Positions 1 to 10,059 of a stretch of DNA of 31,804 nucleotides are shown piece by piece. The notes under the pieces were generated by a model. The model saw nothing but the letters and a program-made list of their open reading frames with translations. It was not told the DNA's origin and made no database searches. Origin of the DNA: Octopus sinensis (taxonomy: Eukaryota); contig NW_021832201.1 in the NCBI RefSeq assembly GCF_006345805.1, positions 1 through 31,804 of the forward strand, in the 5' to 3' direction. How positions within the stretch are numbered: the first letter of the stretch is position 1; each line of letters opens with the position of its first letter. Both the position numbers and the translations under genes were made by a program.

Positions 1-495
1 TATTAGTCTATCTTGAATGACTGACATTCATCTAATTGCCTAACATTACTTAGAGAAGAATTTTATGTTTCTGTACCAATTGCCATTTTAAGCGTCTTAA
101 GAGTTCACATCGCCGACATATACACCACCAGCGGCAACCGTCTCTATCGTATTTTCAGAAAAGCGATAGAGAATACATATGCGTAATAAAACAGGTAAAA
201 CGAAACGTTTTACTATGCACAGTTGAGTGCAGGCAAATACATTAAATGTAGGGAGCTAAAAAGGATGTTTAATTAATAGAAATTATAGCCGAAATGAGAG
301 GAAAAGTCATAAGCATGATTTTTTCTTATATAATGACAGACAAGGGAGAGAACTGTGAAAAGTAAATTGATTACGAATTAAATGGTAGTATAAAATGGTG
401 GAGTGGGTCTGATCTTTAGTAGCTGCGACAACTTCCAGCATGTTTCGCTGTTATTAAACTTCCTCGGTAAAACATACGCTAATATGTAACGATTT

Positions 496-901
496 AACAC
501 CCACCCTTAGTGGTTAGCCATATTGAGATGGCAAATATACCTCATATTGTCGTGCATTTACTGTTTATACCTCGTTCAGAGATTTATTATTGCTTGTATA
601 CACTTTTTCAAGATCAGTGACGAAAATTTACTGGAAAAACGATATTAATATTTGCATTGGGAACTCCTTTCATCGAAAACCGGTGAGTGTCGTACGCTGA
701 TGACGGGTGAAAACCCAGAAACTGCAGTCCGTGCGTATCACTTGGGTTGACGAGGGAAGGATGACCTCTCTTTGCAAATACCGATAGGGCACAGAAAGTG
801 TGCCTATAGCCAGCTGGAGGAGATGTTCTCCTGCGGCTGCAAGCTACAGTAATACCCACCCTTAATGGTTAGCCATATTGAGATGGCAATATACCTCATA
901 T
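496..901 (+). mobile_element. Retrozyme-like non-autonomous element: 355-bp unit with ~52-bp terminal direct repeat, carrying a hammerhead ribozyme
   Basis: aacacccacccttagtggttagccatattgagatggcaaatatacctcatat (496-547) recurs at 851-901 with 2 substitutions and a 1-bp indel. A hammerhead lies at 687-741 and further hairpins at 784-807 and 811-839. No coding capacity. Confidence 0.7.
687..741 (+). ncRNA. Type I hammerhead ribozyme
   Basis: Stem I cgtacg(691-696)/cgtgcg(730-735); CTGATGA 697-703; stem II gggt-gaaa-accc 705-716; GAAAC 718-722; palindromic loop tgca; GTC cleavage triplet 727-729. Only defect: C704/A717 mismatch at the base of stem II. Confidence 0.85.
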
Positions 902-960
902 ATATATATTATATATATATAATATATATAATATATATATATAATTATATATATATATAT
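898..960. repeat. (TA)n microsatellite
   Basis: Direct reading; imperfect TA array between the retrozyme unit and the MITE. Confidence 0.95.
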
Positions 961-1302
961 TAATCATAAGGACACATTAATGTATCTACCCGCTAGAAAT
1001 AAGAGTCAAAACTCTTATTTGGACCCCATAAAATTTACACTGAAAACAACAGATTCAACGGTATACTAGCAGATCGAAAGAAATTTCTCACATACCAATA
1101 TAGCATAACGCTATATATTTAATGGGACATTATAAAGCTACATATTTAATGGTACAGTTATATATGTGGACAGGTTTCTGGTTTGATATGAAGGGTATAT
1201 CAGCAAAGCTTAACTTTTTTAAACGCTACTGGCGTCCTTATCTGCTGGCGTCCTTAATTGCTTTATAGAGATACACTTTAATGTGTCCTTATGATTAATA
1301 TA
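956..1302. mobile_element. MITE / non-autonomous DNA transposon with 25-bp terminal inverted repeats
   Basis: 956-980 tatattaatcataaggacacattaa is the exact reverse complement of 1278-1302. Subterminal ggcgtcctta repeats at 1231-1240 and 1247-1256. TTAA present at both ends (960-963, 1295-1298). Superfamily not assignable. Confidence 0.7.
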
Positions 1303-1448
1303 ATTTTAATTATTTACCTATATAATGCTATTTTTCAGGCCTGCAACCACCTATATTAAAGTTTTTGTAATTATCAACTATTTATATTGTCTTCGATAAT
1401 AATAGCAATATTAATATCTTATAAATATTCACTTCCGAATACTTGCAG

Positions 1449-1450
<2 letters not shown>

Positions 1451-1494
<44 letters not shown>

Positions 1495-1505
1495 GTGGTG
1501 GTGTG

Positions 1506-1540
<35 letters not shown>

Positions 1541-1552
1541 GTGTGTGTGTGT
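1451..1552. repeat. Compound (TA)n/(TG)n microsatellite
   Basis: Direct reading. Confidence 0.95.
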
Positions 1553-1560
1553 ATCGTAGT

Positions 1561-1670
1561 ACTACTCGTCGGGTTACGACCACGAGGATTCCATTTGATG
1601 CGATCAACAGAACACCCTACTCGTGAAATTAACCTGCAAGTGGCTGAGAACTCCACAGACACGTGCACCC
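1561..1670 (-). mobile_element. tRNA-SINE family B, 3' half
   Basis: Matches the reverse complement of the 3' part of the 7074-7397 copy (ctcagccacttgca.gttaatttcacgag...gttgatcg). Confidence 0.8.
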
Positions 1671-2084
1671 GGGCATATTTTTTTATTCAGTCTTTCAACC
1701 AGCTTGACTCGAAGCGAACTCACAAATATACAGCGTGAGTGACAATTCCTTGTAGTCATAACGTTAAATACTAATGGATGCTGTTAGCCGTAACCTGGAA
1801 CATAACTGAGACCTACCACGGAATCCGCCGGTATGATATATCCCTCTAAACTCACATTAGTAAGTCAGAAAAAGAAGTACACTCTAAAAGGATATACTAC
1901 TTTGTATTCTAGTGGTATATCCTTAGTTAAGGCATGTCTGGTGCATGTCTGATGTTGCCCTGTGCAACATGAAACCAATGGTAACTCTCTGATCGATCTT
2001 ATGTCACAGTCGAGGATATACTACTCAAATACCTAAAAGTGTGTGTGTGTAAACACAAAAACAATATCTATATCTATATCTATA

Positions 2085-2278
2085 TATTATTATATATATA
2101 TTATATATATATATATATAGAGAGAGAGGAGAGAGAGAGAGAGAGATAGATAGATAGATAGATAGATAGAGAGATAGATAGATAGATAGATATATAGATA
2201 TAGATATATACATAAATACATACATACATACATACATACATACATACATACATACAAACATACATACATACATATATA
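2085..2278. repeat. Compound (TA)(GA)(GATA)(TACA) microsatellite
   Basis: Direct reading. Confidence 0.95.
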
Positions 2279-2619
2279 TTTACAAACGCTGAGGTGATTC
2301 GAAAACACAACACCTAATAACCTAACGGTATATCTTTTTTCTACCCCCCCTCTGATGAGATTTTGCCTAATATAATGATTTAATAATTGCTATTCTAATC
2401 TTTAGCCTCAATTGAAACAGCTGTAAGAGAATATGTTGAATTTTTGCAGATAATAAATTTTTATTAAATGCTATATCTCCATGTTTTCATTTTCATTTGA
2501 ATGGTTATAAACCATGTTTTATATATAGACCTATTATTTTATGAATATTATTATTATTGTTCACAACAAATATTAGTTATTGGATATTACTATCCCTTAA
2601 TGATGAGGCTAATTTATAT

Positions 2620-2665
2620 GTGTGTGTACGTGTAAACATATGTATGTGTATGTGTGTATAAAGTT

Positions 2666-2697
<32 letters not shown>

Positions 2698-2800
2698 GTA
2701 TATGTATATATATATGTATATATATATATGTATATGTATATATGTATATATATGTATATGTATATGTATATATATATGTGTATATATATATATATATGAT
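2620..2800. repeat. Imperfect (TA)/(TATG) microsatellite
   Basis: Direct reading. Confidence 0.9.
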
Positions 2801-3087
2801 ATAATATGATATGATGTTCATATCGCTTTTAATGGGCAAAATGCCATGGTTTCGTATGAAAGCAATCAACCCACGTATACAACGGTTACTCATATTAAAC
2901 CATTTGAGGAATGGAAACCGGAAATAGCTATGAATGAGAATCTATACCATTTTACAAATTCCATTCTGGGAACTCCGTCCTCGCAGTTTTAATGTTTTAT
3001 CCACCTTTGAAATCATTATTTCTGGCTCACAGGAACACTATGGTTTTATTCGATATCTATTAAATACTGTGTTTTACTAACTTCTTG

Positions 3088-3255
3088 TCATGGTTGCGTG
3101 GTTAGGAAGCTCGTTTTGCACCTACGTAATTTAGGGTTTAGTCCCACTGCGTGGCACCCTTAGCAAGTGTCTTCTGCTATAGCTCCGGACTGATCAATGC
3201 TTTGTGAATGAATTTTGTAGACAGAAAATGTGTTGGAAAATGTCGTGTGTATGTG
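3088..3255 (+). mobile_element. tRNA-SINE family A, diverged 5' half
   Basis: gtggttaggaagc...agtcccactgcgtggcacccttagcaagtgtcttctgctatagc matches the copies at 6559 and 27391. Confidence 0.8.
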
Positions 3256-3394
3256 TATGTATGTATATATATATATAATGAGAGAGAAGAGGGAGAGAGA
3301 GATGGATGTATGTATAGTTTAAAAACTCATTTTGCAATCAGTGGTTTCCCGTTCAATTCCATTGTACGGTACAATGGTAAACGTCTTCCACACT

Positions 3395-3471
3395 AGATCA
3401 AGGCCGCCCAATGACCTGTGAGTGAATTTTGTAGACGGAAACTTCTAGGAAACCAGTCGTTTGTGTGTATG

Positions 3472-3510
<39 letters not shown>
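3395..3510 (+). mobile_element. SINE family A internal fragment plus microsatellite
   Basis: tgtgagtgaattttgtagacggaaac matches family A internal sequence. Confidence 0.65.
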
Positions 3511-3650
3511 TCGAACTTTCCCTAAGACACCTGATGAAGGCTGAAGGGTATATCAGCCGAAATATTGTGTTAACAACAAACAAGATGAGGACAAATATCC
3601 GTCAAATGTAAATAATGTAAATAATTCCTCATCTCTTAAATATAGAACTG
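3511..3650 (+). mobile_element. Hammerhead-bearing repeat tail (5'-truncated copy of the 9375-9598 element)
   Basis: Near-identical to about 9462-9598. gacac-CTGATGA(3531-3537)-a-ggctg/cagcc stem-GAAA(3559-3562)-tatt-gtgtt. Confidence 0.8.
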
Positions 3651-4049
3651 TACTAGTACCTAGTAGAGAAACTAATGAAGATACGAGTGAGCCGGTCCTC
3701 CTCGGGTGATGTTTTTATGGGGACGGTGTTTTTGAGTCTGTTTTGGGGTTTGCTGTATAAAGCTGTATAAACTAGATAGACCCGAAAGGGCGGGGTGCTG
3801 CAAACTCATGGCCTGCTCTGGGCGACACCACTCTAGCCTCGCCACTGTTGCTACTGGCACCTTGAAACACTGTACAACCTGTCAGGTGGTTAGATGGTTC
3901 GGCGTCTGAATCAGGCCTGTTTCCACACCCAACCCGACTTTACTGAATAACAGAGGAGAGTTTGGGGTTAAAAATCAACCTAAGAAAGTAGTGGAAGAGG
4001 TTCTCACAATGAAGCGAATGGTTAAATTTCTCATGCGTATAGACATTCC

Positions 4050-4228
4050 TCCCTGGACGGGACGCCGGTCCGTCGCAAGGTGTCTCATTTTTTACCAGCT
4101 GAGTGGCTGGAGCAACGTGAAATGAAGTGTTTTGCTTAAGAATACAATGCATCGCCCGGTCCAGGAATCGAAACCACAATTTTATGATCATGAGCCCAAC
4201 ACCCCTAACCACTGAGTCACGCGCCTCC
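4050..4228 (-). mobile_element. tRNA-SINE, family B-related variant (D)
   Basis: Minus strand ggaggcgcgtgactcagtggttagggg (A box), gtttcgattcc (B box), then the shared aagcaaaacacttcatttcacgttgctccagccactcagctgg segment. Confidence 0.8.
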
Positions 4229-5062
4229 ATAAAGAAGCGAATGGCCAGCAATAGTTATCTATTGAAATATTGTGTGTGAATCTACGGTCTTCTTAGACAC
4301 CAGATTTTTGGATGGAATCATTACAGAGCTAAAATAGTAACTTTTCTACGAGTCAGACGTTTTTACAAATTTTCAGTGTAACAGGGATCATATTTCTCTG
4401 AGATATTTTTTAGCATTTTGTTAGTAAATTCTTGAGCAATTCAAGTAATCTGAATGGAGGTGATCTACCCTACAGCAAGGATAGTTTTTCAACAGGAGTA
4501 CACAGATCAGGTCACCTGCACTAAATACTGGAAATAAACTCACCTAACCTATTCTGATACTCCCATGTAATTAAGAAAATAAATAAGTGAAAGCAACTAA
4601 GGGAGATAATTCGAATGCGCTAGTGATAGTATGTTCAGAATGTTTTTTTTTTTGTTTGGCATACATATAACAGGCCATCATAGTTTAACTTATATACGAT
4701 CATGTGTGTGGGGGTGGGGGGTGCAAGTGGATGTGAGTATGTCAGATATGTTCATTCGTTATTTTTTCTTTTCCATTTACTTTAATCGTTTCAAATGTTA
4801 TTTGAATTAACATGAAAAAATATTTTTATCGTAGTGTTTCATGATTTTTGTAACTATTCTTCCTCTTCAACTTTTAGTCATCATTTCTAAAATTTAAATG
4901 AACTTGACCTCTTTTTAGTCATTATATATATGTGTGTGTTTATGTGTGTGTATACGTCAAGGTCACCAGCCCCCATCTACATACACATACACGCTCTCAC
5001 ACACGCACGCACACTACTACTTTATTATCTCCCCTCCTTCCTCGCTCTCTTGTCTGCCCCCT

Positions 5063-5955
5063 CTCCTACTTGTGTGGCATGGGTCAGAGTCCTGTTGCCA
5101 GACACAGGGTCTTCCAGCAGCCACCCTCTTTACCTAGGGCAGCACTACTTCTTCCAGGAACTTGATGTAGGCCTCCATGTTCAATCTGAGGCTGTGTGTG
5201 AAGATGAATGGAGGCATAACGGCGCCATCACTAGTGATCATTCAAAACACCATGATGTTGACTAGATGTTTAATTTTTATCACTCTCGGTACATGTTTTG
5301 GGGCACGGCAAGCCAACGGTCGTTCTGTGTGTTCACCATCTGATCCGTGCAGAATTTTTTCTCGTCTGGAAACGGTTGGAGGGGATGCTTGAGTTTGTTC
5401 AAAAGCTTTGTAGCGCGATCTTTTCTCTTGACCTTGGTGGCTTGAGATAAACATTGGCCCTTTCTCATCTTGTATGAGGAATACCGAATGTGTTCGTGCA
5501 CTACCTGTCTGATAAGAAACTCAGACACTCCCATATTCCTGGCGATGGTCCTGATTGACTTGGAGGGTATCGTTGTCAATCACGGCTTGGATCTCAGTAA
5601 CAAATTCAAGAGTTCTTTTCTTATCAGAATATTCAGAGTGAGTTTTCCGAGCTGCCGCACCTTCGTAATCATCATTAGACTCATCCAACTCTTTCCGAAC
5701 CCTCTACACTGTCCTCAGATTGACACCCAAACATTCTGAAATGTTCGTATTAGAGCTTCTGGCGCGAATGCCAAGCAGCACAGCATGTCATTTTCAAATT
5801 TCTGGCGGAGTGAATTGCGTCATGGTGCTGTTTTTCTCACAGACGGTACACAACTGGCCCTACTATTCTTTGTGTCGACAAAATCAAAAACAAGTAATGC
5901 GCTTGCGCGAAATTAAAACTATAAAACGGCGACAATTCACCCATTGCCCCCTGTA
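5063..5955 (-). mobile_element. Decayed Tc1/mariner transposon, maT/DD37D-like; 3'-truncated transposase pseudogene
   Basis: HTH-like SIRTIARNMGVSEFLIRQVV; FPDEKKFCTDQMVNTQNDRWLA (first D); WQQDSDPCHTS (second D); frameshifts and stops. One terminus tacagggggcaatgggtgaattgtcgccg ends near 5953-5955. Third D missing, so spacing cannot be counted. Confidence 0.85.
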
Positions 5956-5964
5956 TATATGAAT

Positions 5965-6250
5965 GAAGGTGCGTGGCCTAGTGCTTAGGGTGTTTGAGTG
6001 TTGTGCGCAACATCGTAGTTTCGATTCCCAGACCGGCGTGCAATGTGTTTTGAGCAAAACGCTTCATTTCACGTTCCTCCACTCAACTGCAAATGGCTTA
6101 CCCTGCGACGACTGGGATTCTGTTCAAGGAGAATGTTGGTATGTCCGCCTAGCGAGCAGAGTGGCATCATTCGAAAGTTACAACAATGCGAGGAAGTGCA
6201 TTATGACCAGCGGTGTGTAACAACATCTGATAGTCTGTCGAACAGTGACT
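5965..6250 (+). mobile_element. tRNA-SINE variant D, near full length
   Basis: gaaggtgcgtggcctagtgcttagg (A-box-like), gtttcgattccc (B box). The 3' part matches 24095-24213. Confidence 0.75.
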
Positions 6251-6294
6251 ATGATATGTGTCTGTGTGTATGTGTACGTGTATATATATATATA

Positions 6295-6345
<51 letters not shown>

Positions 6346-6558
6346 ATATAAACTATAACCGCACGTGGATTATTGGTGATTTTTTCCTCCTTCTTCCCTT
6401 TGGACTTTCCTGATTTTCCTGTTTCCGAAGAAGAGCTATGCTCGAAATGTAAAACAACTACTCTTTTCCTTCTCCGAGCATAATATGAATATACTGCTTG
6501 TGCTACGGCCTCTTTTTGCTTTTTTTCCTTTTCTCTGTGTTTTTTAATTATATATACA

Positions 6559-6916
6559 CAGGAGTGGCTGTGTGGTAAGTAGCTTGCTAACCAACCACAC
6601 GGTTGCGGGTTCAGTCCCACTGCGTGGCATCTTGGGCAAGTGTCTTCTGCTATAGCCCCGGGCCGACCAATGCCTTGTGAGTGGATTTGGTAGACGAAAT
6701 GAAAGAAGCCTGTCGTATATATGTATATATATGTATATGTGTGTGTGTTTGTGTGTCTGTGTTGTCCCCCTAGCATTGCTTGACAACCGATGCTGTGTGT
6801 TTAGGTCCCCGTCACTTAGCGGTTCGGCAAAAAGAGACCGATAGAATAAGTACTAAAAGGTGGTGCTCCAGCATGGCCGCAGTCAAATGACTGAAACAAG
6901 TAAAAGAGTAAAAGAG

Positions 6917-6918
<2 letters not shown>
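6559..6918 (+). mobile_element. tRNA-SINE family A, full length
   Basis: ggagtggctgtgtggtaagtagc head, gggttcagtccc B-box-like, internal TA/TG microsatellite, tail gactgaaacaagtaaaagagtaaaagagta. Confidence 0.9.
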
Positions 6919-6964
<46 letters not shown>

Positions 6965-7073
6965 TATATACATAATTATAACAAAGGCTTGGCTTGCAAC
7001 TCACCACGCACTGAAAAATAGACGTCAAAAGACACTATTGCCAGCATAAATTCTCTCTTATATAAACATAAGT

Positions 7074-7397
7074 GAAGGCGCGTGGCTTAAAGGCTAAGGG
7101 TATTTATTCCGTTCACCATCGTAAAGTCTTTAGTTCGATACCTAGTGGTGCGATGTTTCCTTGACCAAGACACTTTATTCTACGGTGATCCAGTTCATTC
7201 AGCTGGCAAAAATGAGTTGTACCTGTATTTTAAAGGGCCAGCCTTGTCTCAATCTGTGTCATGCTAAATTTCCCTGAGAACTACGTTAAGTTACGCTTGT
7301 TTGTGGAATGCTCAGCCACTCGCACGTTAATTTTACGTGCAAGCTGTTCCGTTGATCGGATCTACTAGAACACTCGTTGTCATAAACGACGGAGTGT
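7074..7397 (+). mobile_element. tRNA-SINE family B, full length, diverged
   Basis: gaaggcgcgtggctt head, gttcgatacc B box; body matches 11850-12170 and 24659-24985. Confidence 0.85.
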
Positions 7398-8296
7398 CAG
7401 TTTAACTGGTCGAAGTTCATTTGAATAGTAATTCGTATTATTTCATTTCTCCCATAGTCTGCTAATTAAGAACATGACACCGACGAAACTAGCGATTATC
7501 TGAATCGGCAAAATTCGTTTACGAGAGACAAATCTCTAACAAAGAGCTAAGTATCAAATATAAAGTTTCTCAGCTACCTCCAACATATGACCTCATTCAA
7601 GTTTATAAGGCATACTTACACCATATGTAATAGAGAAAATCATTATTAGATAACATAAATGGGCTTATTCCTTGACACTTTTCAATCAATCAGACCATTT
7701 TTTTCAGCGTGGATTGACCTTATAAACAGACTGGTCGAACCTACTGACCATCATTAAGTATTATAGTTTTTCGCTAACAATTCAAAGTGTATATCTTTAT
7801 CTACACGATCTCATGTTGCTTAGAAATCGACGTTCTCCTAAACACACACATACATATTGACTCACACGCATTATGGTAAGACATACAAATCATTTTATGC
7901 TTGTATCAATTGTTCTTTGAAATATTGTCTAGAATATTTATTTATTTCATATTACTTTTCTTATGAACATTTGTATTCATAAGAACTCTTGCATTCTGTT
8001 GAATGCGAATAAACTTTTGTCTCGTATAGACATTATTTAATTCAACATTTTGCTACCAATTGCTATTATTTTCTGTTAAATCCATCACACATTATAAATT
8101 TTTTTTAGATATTTCCATAACCCGGCTATTTCATATGAACATTCATTTTTGTTAAACACTATCAATCTATTCTTATAATTGTGTTTTATTTTCCATTTTT
8201 TTCTACTGTTTAGATCCGTTATGATTAACATATTCTTCGTAACGGAATTAAAAATAACTTTTTATACATGAATTATTCTCATTGTAATCCCTGTTA

Positions 8297-8572
8297 TATC
8301 TCTGGAGCCATCACCATCATCCATTTACATTACATACTCAACAACTTTCAGACTACCGTCATTTTAATCGAAATACATTAACGTTAACTAAAGCATTTAA
8401 ACAGCAGACGACAGAAATAATGAGTCATCCATCTTCTCCTACATCTCTAGAGCCATCGTTTTCATTCCTTTACACTACAAGCTTAACAAGTTTCTTACGG
8501 TAGTCATTGCCATCGAAATACGTAAACTTTTAAACTTTTAACGAAATATTTAAACAGCAGACGACAGAAATA
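8297..8572 (+). repeat. Two diverged ~145-150-bp tandem units sharing an identical 25-mer
   Basis: atttaaacagcagacgacagaaata at 8395-8419 and 8548-8572. The units start tatctctggagccatc / catctctagagccatc. Confidence 0.75.
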
Positions 8573-8742
8573 CTTATTCAACTATGCTCGTTGTCGTAAT
8601 ACGTTGATCTATGAGTAACATTATTATTTTTAGCATATTACGTGACATTATATCTAACTTTATCGTCTTCGGGGATAGGAGATATTCTAGACATTTCATA
8701 ACACAAATTTGTGACTGATCAAACATTGGCTCGAACAGTCGT

Positions 8743-8935
8743 AGGCGTAGGCATGGCTGTGTGGTTAAGGAACTTGTTTGGCAACCACGTGAGTAAATTT
8801 TGTTGTCGAAACAGAGGGAAAGCCTGTCGTGGTATAAGTATGTTTGTGTGTATTACGTACGTACGTGCGTGTGTGTGTCTATGTGTTGTGTTTATCCTCT
8901 CCACTGTTTGATAACTGATTAATTTGCTCGACTAA
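8743..8935 (+). mobile_element. SINE family A, internally deleted and degenerate
   Basis: aggcgtaggcatggctgtgtggttaag head; atttgctcgactaa near the end. Confidence 0.65.
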
Positions 8936-8943
8936 TCCCCTAT

Positions 8944-9365
8944 GTGAAAGGCTTCTCCAAAAAGACACAAAAGATATGCGGCCCATATGACATCAGGACA
9001 GTATTCAAGAGTAATACAACACTTCGCAAATACCTCGTTCGGTTAAAACCACCAATAGAAGAGAATATGACTAAGAACTGCGTGTACTCCATCCCATGCA
9101 GCTGTGGTAGGTTATACAAAGGCGAAACATGCCGCCCCCTCAAAATAAGGGTTGAGGAACATCGCAAAATTGTGACACGAGAAGATATTGATAAATCGGG
9201 TTTAGCTGATCATGTATGGAAAAATGGAAACTACCTCCCCCTGTGAGATGAAGTTAAAAAAATAGACAGAGAACACCACTGGAAAATACGAAAAGAAGTA
9301 GCACATATGCTAGGACACAACAACCTCCGAAGCAGACCGAGTGCAGATATGAATAGCATATGGAA
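8944..9365 (+). pseudogene. Penelope-like element C-terminal fragment (GIY-YIG endonuclease, Penelope/Poseidon-type)
   Basis: NCVYSIPCSCGRLYKGETCRPLKIRVEEH...SGLADHVW, continuing past a stop codon as DEVKKIDREHHWKIR. This is the PLE GIY-YIG pattern. Confidence 0.85.
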
Positions 9366-9374
9366 ACTGGCATA

Positions 9375-9598
9375 TGGCATAGTGGTTAAGCGCGCGGGCT
9401 ACAAGCCCCAAGATTTCGAGTTCGATTCTAGTCAATGACCTGTTATTATAAAATAATAACAACGAAATTTCCCCAAGACACCTGATGAAGGCTGGAGGGT
9501 ATATCAGCCGAAATGTGTTAACAACAAACAAGATGAGGACAAATATCCGTCAAATGTAAATAATGTACATAATTCTTCATATCTTAAATATAGAACTG
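9375..9598 (+). mobile_element. tRNA-headed SINE-like element with a minimal hammerhead-like motif
   Basis: A box TGGCATAGTGG 9375-9385; B box GTTCGATTC 9420-9428; gacac-CTGATGA(9482-9488)-a-ggctg/cagcc-GAAA(9510-9513)-t-gtgtt. Tail shared with 3511-3650. Confidence 0.75.
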
Positions 9599-9627
9599 CA
9601 CTGTTGAGATATTAGTAGTTAATGATG

Positions 9628-9945
9628 ATTTCAAATATTGGCACAAGGCCAGCAATTTCAGGGAAAAGGGTAAGTCAATTATATGCTTATTTTATCGACC
9701 ACGAAAGGAGAAAAGACAAAGTCGACTTCAGCGGAGTTTGAACTCAGAACGTAAAGACGGACGAACTGCCGCTAAGCATTTTGTCCGATACGTTAATGAT
9801 TCTCCGCCTTATTTCTATATTTAATAATCCTTTCTACTAAAGGCACAAGGCCAGAAATGTTGTGGGAGGGGATATATCGATTACATCGATCCCAGTGTTT
9901 CACTGGTACTTATTTTATCGACACCAAAATGATGAAAGACAAAAA
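9628..9945 (-). mobile_element. Two adjacent partial SINE family C copies
   Basis: aatgcttagcggcagttcgtccgtc...gagttcaaactccgctgaagtcgac and tails ggccttgtgcc(tttagtagaaaggattatt), as in other family C copies. Confidence 0.85.
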
Positions 9946-10059
9946 AAAAACATTGTTTTCAGTTGTTACCGGTTTTTAAAGAAAGAATCAATTTGACATT
10001 AAAATACATACATCAACCCTTAACTTGTCCAAAGTATTTTGATAAGTATGTCATGAACG

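Noticed and set aside
143-173. Hairpin ctctatcg...cgatagag as a Helitron 3' end or terminator
   Set aside because: No CTRR terminus at the expected distance and no other supporting context.
432-472. Minus-strand ccgagga...aacagc-GAAACATG resembling a minimal hammerhead
   Set aside because: The core has CCGAGGA instead of CTGANGA, stem II barely pairs and the NUH is missing; too degenerate to call.
9375-9430. tRNA gene
   Set aside because: A and B boxes are present, but no acceptor stem or complete cloverleaf; this is a SINE head. The same applies to the heads of families A-D.
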